Below are positions 1-13,299 of a stretch of DNA of 64,000 bases, piece by piece. A program made the translations under genes and the position numbers. The number at the start of each line of letters is the position of its first letter. Position 1 is the first letter of the stretch. The DNA is from Octopus vulgaris (taxonomy: Eukaryota), in assembly GCA_951406725.2 (NCBI GenBank), contig OX597816.1:130448001-130512000 (forward strand). Reading direction: 5' to 3'. The notes under the pieces were generated by a model. That model was given only the letters and a program-made list of their open reading frames with translations. It was not told where the DNA came from and searched no databases.

Positions 1-108
1 AAGAAAGTCTTTTACGTTTCGAGCCTACGCTCTTTAACAGAAAGGAACACGAGAAAATAAACAGAGAGAGAATAAAAAAGGTTTAGTGGCTAGCGATCAA
101 TCATGGAC
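1..108 (-). mobile_element. Short interspersed repeat family P1 (Penelope-terminus-like, HHR-like motif at 8-45), truncated by the window edge
   Basis: Homologous to 24559-24770 (-), 38176-38376 (+) and 56665-56750 (+); shared motif GAGCGTAGGCTCGAAACGT; bordered by (TA)n. Confidence 0.6.
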
Positions 109-138
109 ATTATATATATATATATATATATATATATT

Positions 139-1370
139 CAGGGTGTGTAAGGTATTTGAGGACGTACCTTTTTTGGGGTCATTGCTGCATTTTTTGCTAA
201 CTCTGTATAATCTTTGTTTCAGAAAATAATAATGACAGACCCTCAGCTTATTCAAGAAATGAAGATGCATTGAAGATGTTATTGTTGTTATAAAGGTTGA
301 GCATAGTGATTTAGAAATATCTCGAGTTTTAAAAGTTGCCAGATCTTTCGTCTACAAAGTTTGTAAGGAGTTAGAAACTGCAGATGCAAATGTATCACCA
401 GTATCAAAGCACAAAAAGCATTCTAAATGCTCTGAAATCATCCGAACACCTGAATTTATCCAGCAAGCTCAACAGATTACAATCCCAAAAAGTCCATGAG
501 GTTAATTGTTAAAGATCTCCATGTATCAGAAGGGACAGTCAGAAATGTCGAAGACATCAGATATAAGTCTTATATGATGAGGAAAGGTCAATTTGCCCGA
601 AAAAGCAGAAAAAATCACTACATCAGATCTAAAAGGCTCTTAAACTGAAAAATCCAGCAGAAGAAGATTTGATTTGGCTTTTCTCAAACGAGAAAAACTT
701 CGACCAAGAGCAAAATTTAACAGAAGATTTAACAGATGGTTATGTGCAGACCCTTCTGAAGTTTCAAGTGTTATGCGTGCAAAATGTTCTGCAACTGTCA
801 TAGTTTTAGGGGTTGTCAGCAATGAAGGACGTGATGCCTCCTTACTTCTTTCCACAAGGCCTTAGAGTTAACTTTGCCGCCTACATTGAAGTCCTGGAAA
901 TAAATGTTAAGCCCTGGATAGACAGTGTATGCAATGGAAGGCCATATATGCTTCAGTAAGACTCTGCACTATCACACATGGCTCTAGTAACGCAAATGAA
1001 TGGCTGAAAACTTTTATCATCACATAACCCCTAACATTTGGCCTCCTAATTCCCCAGGTCTCAATCCATTGGACTATTACATGTGGAGCGTTGTCGAGAG
1101 AGAGGTCAATGAACACGCCCGTAACACCAAAGATTCTTTGAAAGCTGCCATAGTCAGAGTAATGTCCAAAATGAACCAGGATCACTTGATTCAAGCATGT
1201 AGATGATTTAGATCTCATATAGAAGTAGTTGTTGAAGCTGAAGGTGGCTTTATTGAATAGTATAGAAAAGAAGGTTTATTTTTATCCTCATAGCATTTTT
1301 TGCTACGTAAAGTTATCTGTTATTATATATCTGTTTTTTTCTTCTTATAAATAAATCTGTCATCAAATAT

Positions 1371-1376
<6 letters not shown>
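139..1376 (+). mobile_element. Decayed Tc1/mariner element, maT (DD37D) family
   Basis: Left TIR cagggtgtgtaaggtatttgaggac after (TA)n; degenerate right TIR gtcatcaaatatctta at ~1359-1376; frameshifted transposase with FSNEKNF, Q*DSA..H and WPPNSPGLNPLDYYMW. Confidence 0.85.
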
Positions 1377-1461
<85 letters not shown>

Positions 1462-1471
1462 TGTGTCTGTA

Positions 1472-1880
1472 GGCGCAGGCGTGGCTGCGTAGTAAGAAGC
1501 TTGCTTCCCAACCACATGGTTCCAGGTTCAATTCCACTGTGTGTCCCCTTGGGCAAGCGTCTTTTACTATAGCCTCGGGCCGACCAAAGCCTTGTGAGTG
1601 GATTTGGCTGATGGAAACTGAAAGAATCCCGTCGTATATTCATATGTGTATATATCTCTGTGTGTGTCTTCGTGTCCGTGTTTGTCCCTCACCACCACTT
1701 AACAACAGGTGTTGGTGTGTTTAGTCCCCGTGACATAGCAGTTCGGCAAAGAACATCGATAGAATAAGTACTAGGCGTAAAAAAATAAGTCCTGGGGTCG
1801 ATTCGTTGGACTAAATCCCATCAAGGCGGTGCCCCGGCAGGGCCGCAGTCAAATGACTGAAACAAGTAAATGGTAAAAGA
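1472..1880 (+). mobile_element. tRNA-derived SINE family A, full length
   Basis: Head ggcgcaggcgtggctgcgtagtaag with B-box-like ggttcaattcc, central TG/TA tract, tail gcagtcaaatgactgaaacaagtaaa; homologous to 38451-38850 and other copies. Confidence 0.85.
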
Positions 1881-2797
1881 TATATGTACTTATGTGTTTT
1901 GTATTTGTGTTTGTCTGTTTGTTAGTTTCCCCCTCCGAACAACAGTCCACGTAACTTAGCGGTTCGGCAAAAGATCCAATAAAATGAATACCCGACTTTT
2001 AAAAAGAAGTATTGGGAGCAATTTGGCTGGCTATAATCATCAATGTGAGCCCTAACATGGTCGTAGTCAAATGAGTGAAGCAAATAATGATAAAGTGGGA
2101 GGTATTATAATTAGTATAGTGAGCGGCAGGGGAGATAACGTATGATTTAAAATTGATTCTAATATAGGCTGAAGACCAGCTGTTTTGGAAGCAGGGGTCA
2201 AGTCGTTTCCATTGACCCCCAGTATTTTACCAACCTCCAGAGTATGAAAGATTTGTTTAAACTCAAAAAGTAAGGTGTTGGAAAAAATGCTGGACAACAT
2301 TTTACCCGACGTTCTAACATTTCTGCGAATCTATCATTTAAAATTAATTAGAAATTTGAAATTAATTGAAAATAGAATATAGTGGAGCGTGACTCTGGCC
2401 ATTGTCAGTATGTTAAGAACTCCGAAGATATTTGATTATATTCAGTGCTTAATCTACTTCCAATTTTCTCTCTTCCACTTCTTCCTCCTCTCTTTCTCTG
2501 TCTCTGTCTCTCTATCCCTCCTCTCATATCTTCTGTTGCTGTCAAGTGAGGATAGGAAAGAGTCAACACCGTGACTCGCAACCAGGTAGTTCAACGCCAG
2601 TGAAGACATGTGAAATCATGACTTGTGCACTATGTAGTTAACCCTTTAACATTCAGATTACTCTGTTAAATGTATTGCTTATATATTCGTACTGCTTTCA
2701 ATTAATCATGCATTGACCGAAAGCTCCAGTATGAACATTTCAGAGTGTTTGAGTGCTAATCTGGGGACAGTGCAACCTGAGGACATGTACCGAGAGT

Positions 2798-3398
2798 GAT
2801 AAAATCAAACATCCAGTCAACATCATGGTGTTTGGAGTGATCTCTAATGATGGCAACGTTATGCTTCCATTCATCTTCCCACACGGCTTCACACTCAACA
2901 CGGAGATCTACTTCAAGTGCCTGGAAGAGGTAGTGCTGCCCTGGATCAAGAGGGTGGCTGCTGGAAGACTCTATGTCTGGTAACAGGACTCTGCATCATG
3001 CCACACAAGCAGGAGAACCCAGTCATGGCTGTCAGACAATTTCTGCGACCACATCACCCCTAACATCGGGTCATCTAAATCCCCTGACTGCAACCCACTT
3101 GATTATTATGTGTGGGGCGCAGTTGAGTGAAAGACCAACAAAATTCCTTGTAACACCAAGGAACTGAAGGCAAGGATTATGACAGCATTCACCAACTTAA
3201 AGAGATCACCCGGAAGTGCTGCAAGAAATTCCGAAGTCGTCTGGAGGCCGTGGTTGAAGCGAATGGCGATTTTATTGAAAAATTTTACTCTTTAGTATTT
3301 CAAGATATTTTAATGTAATTTTGGTAAATACATCTGTTAAAATCAGATGTGTTATTTTCATTTTTGCGTAATTTAGACGACAGTTTATCCACCGCACC

Positions 3399-3401
<3 letters not shown>
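2798..3401 (+). mobile_element. 3' half of a second maT (DD37D) transposon
   Basis: KHPVNIMVFGVIS...W*QDSASCH...SPDCNPLDYYVWG with 37 residues between the last two Asp; ends ...accgcaccctg followed by TA. Confidence 0.85.
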
Positions 3402-3471
<70 letters not shown>

Positions 3472-3490
3472 CATACCCACACACACACAC

Positions 3491-3544
<54 letters not shown>

Positions 3545-3563
3545 ATATATATATATATATACA

Positions 3564-3643
3564 CAGTAATCCCCCGACTATCGCAGGAGTTACTTTCCAC
3601 CCCAACTACGACAGATGAACCACGATATGGCCAGGGATTACTA
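3564..3643. mobile_element. ~80-bp pogo/Tigger-like MITE
   Basis: Terminal inverted repeats cagtaatccc / gggattacta within a (TA)n tract. Confidence 0.55.
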
Positions 3644-3654
3644 TATATATATAT

Positions 3655-3957
3655 TGTTGTTGTTTGTTGCTTCTCGAGCCACACTTGGCTCATAGGGCCG
3701 GTTTCCCGGTTTCCTTGGCATACAAGTTCCCCACTTGGACGGGACGCCGGTCCGTCGCAGGTGAGCTGCAAGATGCAGGAGGAAAGTGTGAGAGAAAGTT
3801 GTGGCAAAAGGGTCAGCAGAAGTTCGCCGTTACCTTCTACCGGAGCCGCGTGGAGCTTAGGTATTTCGTTCATAAAGACTCACATCACCCGGTCTGAGAT
3901 TCGAACCCGCGATCCCTCGACCGTGAGTCCGCTGCTCTAACCACAAGGCCATGTGCC

Positions 3958-3960
<3 letters not shown>
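3655..3960 (-). mobile_element. tRNA-derived SINE with well-preserved Pol III A and B boxes
   Basis: Minus strand begins gaaggcacatggccttgtggttagagcagcggactcacggtcgagggatcgcgggttcgaatctc; ends in a (caa)n tail. Confidence 0.8.
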
Positions 3961-4024
<64 letters not shown>

Positions 4025-4038
4025 ATACATACACACTA

Positions 4039-4280
4039 GAGTAAGCACATGAATGTGAAGCAAGGTGGGAAAAAATAGTACTCGAATACCGGAGGTAGAG
4101 CAATATACTCTATTATTAAAACTGCGAAAACATCACAAAAGAATTGCTACTCAGAGGTTTCATGTTCCCTTCGTCGGACAGCTGTGATTCTGAATCACAA
4201 CTGCCCGACGAACGGGTACGCAAAACTCTGAGTCACAGTTCTTTTGTAATACTTTTGCAGTTTTAATAATAAAGTATATA
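4039..4280. mobile_element. Repeat family P2 (Penelope-terminus-like) as a head-to-head inverted pair
   Basis: Imperfect palindrome with arms ~4106-4189 and ~4191-4280; homologous single copy at 38923-39058. Confidence 0.6.
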
Positions 4281-4619
4281 AATGTGCGTATGTGTGTGTG
4301 TGTGTATTTACATATACACAAAGAAATAGATACGTTGATAGATAGACTGGCAGGGGTTATTGAAATCGAAACATTTCAATATCCTTCTTGCATACTTCTG
4401 ATAGAGTATCATGGTTTAATGAGCTAGAACTGAGAGGCTGACAAAGGCATCATTCTATCAGGTCGGATGCAGTGGGGCGGGGTTCTAATTCAGGATTGGT
4501 GTTTCTTTAGCGTCTGTCACTCTTCTCCCAGGAGAAATATATGGTGTAATTCGAGAGAACGAAGGAAAACAACAAGAAACATCCTTCATTCTAACCGGCT
4601 TAATTACTCTTATTACTCT

Positions 4620-4740
4620 GTGTGTGTGTTTGTGCGTGTGTGCATGTGTGTGTGTTTGCGCGTGCGTAATGTGTGTATTATATGTATGTGTGTGGGCGCG
4701 TGTAATGTGTGTATTATATATATGTGGGTGTATATATGTA

Positions 4741-4802
<62 letters not shown>

Positions 4803-4870
4803 CATAAACTTACTTGGAAATACATGTGTGGCGTTCAATCAAATAATAATACAAATAATATATATATACA

Positions 4871-4928
<58 letters not shown>

Positions 4929-4958
4929 TATATTATACATATTTATATTATATGCATG

Positions 4959-4989
<31 letters not shown>

Positions 4990-5057
4990 GTATGTATGTA
5001 TATATATATATACATATATATATATATACTTACATAACGTGCATACACACGTATACA

Positions 5058-5105
<48 letters not shown>
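4620..5105. repeat. Compound (TG)n/(TA)n microsatellite tract
   Basis: Direct inspection. Confidence 0.95.
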
Positions 5106-5108
<3 letters not shown>

Positions 5109-6375
5109 GGCGGGGAAGCAAAATTTAAAATATTTTGAAGCAGGGATTGAAAGACGGTGAATGACCAATTAGTTTATTGAAAGTCATGAAAATTTATTTG
5201 CCACAAAAAAATTTATATAATAGAAAATGTTTTTATTCTATGTGTCCTCCTTCTTTCTCAATAACTGCTTTCACACGCTTCCAGGAACTTGCGCAAGTGT
5301 TCTTCAAATATTCGGGAGACAACTTCTCCCATTCTTCTTTAATAATATCTTTAATAGAGTCGACATTACTGTGTAATGTTCTATTCGTAGCATGTTCTAA
5401 AACGCCCCAAATAGCATAATCCAGAGGGTTTAGATCTGGGCTAGAAGGCGGCCATAAACATGATTCCAAAAAATTGCTAAAGTTGGATTTGCAGAAATCT
5501 TGTATTTTTCTAGATGTGCGGGCTGGAGCACCATCCTGTGTCCATATATAATTACCATCTGGGTAGTTTGCTTTAAGCTATGGCAATACCTGGTATCTCA
5601 GAGTCTTGTAGTAAGTATTAACATTGATCTTTTTATCAACTTTGTAGAATTTTATAGGCATTTTCTTTCCATCGGAAGCCACAACACCAAAAGCCATAAC
5701 TTGAACAGGATGTTTTGTTTTGAATGCCCCCTAAACTTCAGCTGTCGATTTTGTGATAAATCTGTCATTTCTGCAGTTCAGAACAGCATTGGCCGTGAAG
5801 ATCTTTTTATCTGAAAAGATCGTTACAATGGAGGACTTTTTCTTGAACCATATAATAATTTTCTTGCACCTTTCCAATCTCTTTTCCTTCATAGCTGTTG
5901 TCAACAAGTGTTTTGGTGTTCTTGTGTAAGGTTTTAACCTCATATCATATTTTACTGCATTTCTAATGGTCTTGTTGTCCACCTCAAGTTCAATTGCCAT
6001 TTTTCTCATGGATTTTGGATTTGAGAGCTTTGATAAAAGCTTTTGTACGTTTTTTGTTGATTCCTCCACTTCCAGACTTCCTCGTAATAGTTTTGCTTAT
6101 AGTCATTCTATTCTTTACATTATAAACAGTTTTTATGGACACTCCAACTATTCTTGAAATCTCCTTTGGTGTGACGAGTGCATTCAGCAAATAACACACT
6201 CTTTGACATTTGCTTTCCTGATTACTCATATGGGCAAAAGTTTCTGAAAAGGTAAGGATAATAGTGTTAGGTATGATTACGACATCAATATATGCTAGGC
6301 TTCAAAACAATTCACTTAGTGCCTGCTGAGAAAAAACAACTTAACGTTCATTGTAAATTTTGCTTCCCAACCCTG
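5106..6375 (-). mobile_element. Full-length, decayed maT (DD37D) transposon, 1270 bp
   Basis: TIRs cagggcggggaagcaaaattta / taaattttgcttcccaaccctg with TA on both sides; transposase MSNQESK...FSDKKIF...WTQDGAPA...WPPSSPDLNPLDYAIW (37-residue spacing), broken by frameshifts and stops. Confidence 0.92.
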
Positions 6376-6821
6376 TATATAAGGCAGTAAAATTGAAATA
6401 GGCTGTAACTCTGATAACCTGAGGAAATTACCCTTGGAAGTGACTTTCTTTACCCATGGATTATGGATATCATCTTGGAATCGACGTTTTTAGCATTCCT
6501 TACTATTTCTATTATGTTATTATTTTATTTTATTATCTTATCTTACTTCCTCATCTGTTAGATTCCTAACATTATAGTCTCTCTGATGGAGCTTTTGGGC
6601 TCAGTCATTGTCCAACCCCTGTCCAATGTTTGTTCAACCTTTGTAAAGTCCCTGTATATTACTGGTATTACTTGGCAGATTGGGCAACCCCATAGTAGAA
6701 ACAGCTGTAAGAGCTTAGTATGTTTCACTCATTTATTCTTATTCATATATTTATTTTTATTTATCCATTTATTTACTTATTTATTTGTTTATTTTATTTT
6801 ATTTTAATTTTATTTTTTTTT

Positions 6822-6944
6822 GACCGAGAGAATAAGTACTAGGCTTACAAAGAATAAGTCCTGGGGTCAATGTGTTCGACTAAAAGGTGGTGCTCCAGCA
6901 TGGCCACAGTCAAATGACTGAAATGAGTAAAAGAGTAAAAGAGT
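6822..6944 (+). mobile_element. SINE family A, 3' fragment
   Basis: gaataagtactaggcttacaaagaataagtcctggggtc...gagtaaaagag. Confidence 0.8.
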
Positions 6945-7230
6945 ATATGATTGTAATCAAATAATAAATAGATATAAATGAATGTCTACAGGCTAACGTT
7001 TGTCGATTGATTATCCTCTGCATTTTCTTATTTGCCTTCCAAATTCTGGGTAAATTTCTGTTTGACCTCCACTTGTACCTACTATTCAATTGTAATAATG
7101 CCCTGCAATAGTAAGCACTTTGATATAAATACGTAGGTATACATCCAGTAGTATACTGGATATTTATTATCCCTTAGATGGTTGTTTAACCTCTAACTCA
7201 CACAGACAGACACACACACACATATATGTA

Positions 7231-7290
<60 letters not shown>

Positions 7291-7318
7291 TACATACATA
7301 CATACATACATATATTTA

Positions 7319-7720
7319 TTCTTTTATTCTTTTACTTGTTTCAGTCCAGTCATTTGACTGCGGTCATGCTGGAGCACCGCCTTTAGTCGAACAAATCGAC
7401 CCCAGGACTTATTCTTTGTGAGCCTAGTACTTATTCTATCGGTCTTTGTTACCAAACTGCTATGTTACGAGGACATAAACACACTAACATCGGTTGTCAA
7501 ACGATGGTGGTGGGACAAACATAGACACACAAATACGTACATACATACATGCATATATATATATAAATGTATATAGGAGGGTCTTCTTTCAGTTTCCGTC
7601 TACCAAATCCACTCACAAGGCTTTGGTCTGCTCAAGGTTATAGAAGACACTTTCCCAAGGTGCCACGCAGTGGGACTGAACTCGGAACCGTGTGACTGGG
7701 AAGTAATCTTACCTCACAGC
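7319..7720 (-). mobile_element. SINE family A
   Basis: Reverse complement of the 1472-1880 and 38451-38850 copies. Confidence 0.85.
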
Positions 7721-8492
7721 GGGAGAGCGAGAGAGACAGAAAGAGAGAGAAAGAGAAGGAGAGAGAGAGGGGGAGTTGCATGCATACATACGTACAAACA
7801 TATGCATATATGTAATATATACGTGTTACACAAGTACACACACACACACACACACACACACTACATGCACGCTTTCATTGCAATAGAATGAATCTGCTAA
7901 TTAAAATCACTTGTGACCTTTGATCCTTTAAGGTTCATGACTGACCTCCGACCTTCTATCAAGTTGAGTTTATACAAAAGAAATATATGAAATAAAATAA
8001 ATAACATTTCATATATGCTGACTTGTTTTTTTCATACTAATTGTGTCCCACTCTCTCTCATCCCATCCCCCCTCCTCCTCCTCTCTCTCCCCTCTTCTTG
8101 CCCAGCTTTCTCATCTGTTCCCCTTGTTTTTCATATAGCTAATTTCTGTTTTTTTTCTCTTTTTTGTTATGCACAGTAACGTAGTATCTGATAGGAATTC
8201 CTCACCCCCGCCACTTACGTTGAGAGTTCATTTAGCTCCTGACCCCAGGGATTTTTCAGATTTTGAATTTTCTCATTACTTTCCGAATCTCTTCTAAACC
8301 AATTAAAATATTTAACTCATCACTTTTCTTCTCCTTCTCCTTCTTCTTCTCTATTCCTCCATTCTTCCTTTATTTTCATAAATTACAAGACAATTTCAAT
8401 TATAATTTCTTCGGAATATGAACAAAAACTTATAAAGTATGTGTAATGAATAAATATTCTTAATTCTTGTATGTGTGAGTGGGCGCGATGAA

Positions 8493-8960
8493 ATGTATGT
8501 ATGTTGTATGTATGTATGTATGTATGTATGTATGTATGTATGTATGTATGTATGTATGTATGTACGTGCGTATGTATGTATGTATGTATGTATGTATGTA
8601 TGTATGTATGTATGTATGTATGTATGTATGAATGTATGTATGTATATATGTATGTGTGTTTGTATAGATGGGTTCATGTATGTGTGTGTGTATGTGTATG
8701 TATGTATATGTGCGTATGTATGTATGCATGTATGCGTGTATGCATGTATGTGTGTATAAATGTGTGTATGTATGTATGCATGTATGTGTGTATATTTGTA
8801 TATGATTGTATGTATGTATGTATGTATGTATGTATGTATGTGTGTATGTATGTAAGAGTGTATGTGTATGTATGTATTTATGTGTGTATGAATGTTTGTA
8901 TGTATTTATGTATGTATGCATGTGTGTGTATATTTGTATGTATGTATGCAAGTATGTGTG
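8493..8960. repeat. Degenerate (TATG)n microsatellite
   Basis: Direct inspection. Confidence 0.95.
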
Positions 8961-9116
8961 AATGAGAGAGAGAGGGGGCGAGAAAGAGAAAGATAGGAAG
9001 AAAGAGAGAGAGAGAAAGGGCTATAACGGATGAGTTTAGAAAGGAAGAGCTGAGTGTGCCTGTATAAGTGAGCGTGCATATTTAATAGATTAACACGAAA
9101 TAAAGACTTTTTCAGC

Positions 9117-9415
<299 letters not shown>

Positions 9416-11275
9416 TTGCTAAACCATTAATTTATTGAACCATGATGTCCTTTTGGAAAATTAAGTAAAGCTTGCATTTAAATTAAAATGCACATATTGC
9501 TCGAATAATACACATTAAGAGTGAGCCAGCAGCAAACAAATATGGCCGGACTCACCAATTATTTCAACCGATTAAACGGGAAACTACGATAGTTCACAAT
9601 CATTTATATTTGTTTAAATTATGGGTCTATTTGTGTATTCTCAGGTCAAGATTTTTCTGTCCGCGTGATAGTGATAAATGAAATACACACACACACACAT
9701 ATAGATAGATAGATTGATAGATACACACACACATACACATGCAACTAACGTACGTGCGAGTGTGTAGTGGGTAGATATGAGATTTTTAAATAAAACAGAA
9801 TACTTTTATTTATTTATTTATTTATTTATTCATTCATTCATTCATTCATTCATTCATTCATTCATTCATTCATTCGTTCATTTATTCATTGTCGCATGAA
9901 GGAAATCTGCTTCGCTTTCATTAAATTAAATTCCACAAATTCAAAGAGACAGTTGGATTTTGAACAGAGGTGAGAAATGAGCGGTCAGCGGTCAGTATCT
10001 TGTCTGTAATTAAACTTTTTACTTGTCCAAAATCGCAGATCACTGATTTGAATTTAGCGTTAACGACTTAAACCAGATAGTTTACCGTCTTTAATTTGGA
10101 AATAAATAATGAATGAACGGGGGTAGCAGAATGTTTTTGTCATCAACCATATTCTCCCACATCTTTGCGAAATAATGACTTATGAAAAGAAACCTCACTG
10201 AGCCTTTTGTGAAATTACGTCCTTTGGTCATGAATCCAATTCTTTGTAATCACGGCTGAAAAAGAACTGTTTTTAAATGTAAGTTTTATTGTTTTGCCTT
10301 TGGGATTGGTGTTACATCACTCCGTAAGTTTATCAGTAAAGGAAAAACGAAAAAAAGTTAATGAACAGTAAATGAGTTAGGCTGCGCCTTTATTTAGAAG
10401 GACAAGCGAAAGTCTATAGAAAGAGTCAACTAGAAGCCTTTCGCACGCTCACACAAATATGGACAGACGCGCACACATATAGACACATTCATTTGCACAT
10501 AAAAGCGCATATGCACGTATATACACAGGCGCATGCAAAGGCGCGCGCACATGCATATATGAGCGCACATGACACATGAAACGCTGAAGCCCTCTGTCTT
10601 TTTCTTTTTTTTCTACCCTCTCTAACTCTTTCTCAAAATTTCCGTCTTCATATTGCTTTTTCTTTTTCGTTTTGATTATCAAGAATTAGTCGACCGTTTT
10701 CTAAAAATTATAAGCTCGTTTAGTTGGGACAAAGAACGTAATGGAATGATGGCCAATGAAGAGATGGCGATGGCAAGTGAAAAATTAAGTTTCAGAACAT
10801 TACTTACGGTCAGCAAGCTTTAGCTATACTAGTTTTATAGAATTCTTGGCATAGCATAGAATCATTTCCCCCCTTTCCTCTTGGTTTTTTGCTGACCCAC
10901 ACAGCATGGGGTCTACTATAACTGGAGCCACCGAATGTCTTCTTCCATTTCGAATACAAGAAGTAGAGATTTCATCTGCATAGATTTTTTTTTCATTACC
11001 ATAATTCAACCAGTCAATATTTGGAAATAATAATCGTGGAATCGAGTTGATGGCGACGAAGTTAACAAATTGATTTAGTTTTATATATGTTTTTCACTTC
11101 GTTTTTGTGTTCGGTTTGCAAGATATGTTTTTCAGTTTGGTTGAAATACAATTAGTTTTGTTAAGTTTGCACATTAATTAAAACACGCGATTTACTAATT
11201 AATTTTACTTGCGTCATATGACCCTCAGTCACTGCCAACCATTTCCTTTCAAAAACTTCTGCTTCCCATAAGTAA

Positions 11276-11420
11276 CTAGAAGAATACCCGGCGTTGCCCG
11301 AGAAATAAAGATTGCAGTTTGTAGCCAATTTGGTGAATGAGAAAAATCTTAATTTCAAAAATGTATAATTTCGGGCAAAATGTGTATAATACCTCAAAAT
11401 ATTGCTCGCGTTTTAATAAT
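11276..11420 (-). mobile_element. Helitron 3' end fragment
   Basis: Plus strand a|ctag followed by cccggcgttgcccg (subterminal hairpin), similar to the end of 30534-30918. Confidence 0.55.
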
Positions 11421-11590
11421 TCCCTGCAATTTTAGAGGAAGAGGGTTTATCAATTATATTGACCCGAGTGCTCAAGTGGTTCTTATTTTATCAGTCCCGA
11501 AAAGATGAGGATATATATAGTCGAAATCGGGGGCATCTGAGCTCAGAAGTAAAATAAAATAAAGTAAAATAATGTTACTCCAGACATGAC

Positions 11591-11890
<300 letters not shown>

Positions 11891-11942
11891 TATATATATG
11901 TGTGTGTGTGTGTGTGTGTATTGTATGTATCTATGTGTGTAT

Positions 11943-12067
<125 letters not shown>

Positions 12068-12068
12068 C

Positions 12069-12798
12069 TCCTTCCTTCGAACGGGAAGGAAGAGCTATTT
12101 TCATCATCCTTGTGGCTATGGCGAAAGAATGTATCTGGTGGACGCGTCTGAAAGGATTGGAGACAAACACTTTCCTCTCTGGTCAATCTCTCATCAACTT
12201 CTTCAAGTACCTCTTGAAAAGGAAAGTGAGAGTAGAGAGGCAAGTTTTGTCTAGCGAATGTTTAAAAAAAAGATGGGTGAATGTAGCAAGGATGGCACGT
12301 ATGAATGACGAAGCCACCTTGAGCATAATCCTATGAACCCAGAAATTGAAAACAGAGGGTTACCCACTTGCAAACAAATGTGGTAAATATAACAATATTG
12401 ACCAAGGTTACCGTGGTCTTTTTCGTAGGCTTTTCTTCCCACGGATAAACCTTACTTGCTTTCCCCTTTACACCATATATCATAACACTGTGATACACGA
12501 TCCCTATTGATCGTTTTTTTTCCTCTTCCCCCTTTTTTTCCCCTTTTTTCTTCTTTTTTCATTTCTCTTTTCTTTTGTTCCTTTTCCTTTTCTTTTTTCT
12601 TTTCTTTTCTTTTTTTCTTTTTTATTTTCTTTTTTATTTTTTTGTTCTTTTCTTCCCTTTTACGATCCCTCTTGATCGAAAACCTACGCCACCCCTTTTT
12701 TTTCTTTTGTTTTTTGTTTTTTTCATCCCCCAAAAGAAAAGCTCTACCTTGTAACTTGTCCCATCTGTGTGCAGCCCTGTGTGGCCAATAAAGAACTT
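12069..12798 (+). mobile_element. 5'-truncated L1/Tx1-clade LINE (ORF2 C-terminus plus 3' UTR)
   Basis: PSFEREGRAIFIILVAMAKECIWWTRLKG...FFKYLLKRKVRVER to stop at 12336; pyrimidine-rich 3' UTR; AATAAA at ~12787; homologous to 45010-45480 and 60270-61255. Confidence 0.7.
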
Positions 12799-12862
<64 letters not shown>

Positions 12863-12891
12863 CCAACCTACCTACCTACCTACCTACCTAC

Positions 12892-12971
<80 letters not shown>

Positions 12972-13000
12972 GGTTAGCCTATTCTATTATCTATATATTG

Positions 13001-13205
13001 ACAACTGTGTTCCTAACTTCCTTTGTAAAACGTATGTAACGGTATGTCCTGGATGCGCAGTTTCCCCAACTGTATTAATAACTGTATTCCTAAATATTTT
13101 TCGTAAAATGTGTGTAACTTTATAACCTAGGTATGGAGTTTTTTCAACTATCACTTTATTAATAACTGTGCTCCTATGTTTCTTTGTAAAAGATGTATAA
13201 CTGCA
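13001..13205 (+). repeat. Three diverged ~80-bp tandem units
   Basis: aactgtgttccta...gtaaaa..t.t.taac recurs near 13003, 13080 and 13164. Confidence 0.6.
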
Positions 13206-13299
13206 TATCCTAGATATAGGTGTTACCGATTATATGACATCGAGTGCTTCTTACATTATTTTAAAATAAATAATAATTTTACTAACGAAACGCAGTTTG

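Noticed and set aside
3885-3960. tRNA gene
   Set aside because: A and B boxes are present but the acceptor stem does not close convincingly and the sequence runs into a SINE body and tail
10824-11009. 61-aa minus-strand ORF
   Set aside because: Short, with no recognisable domain or splice context
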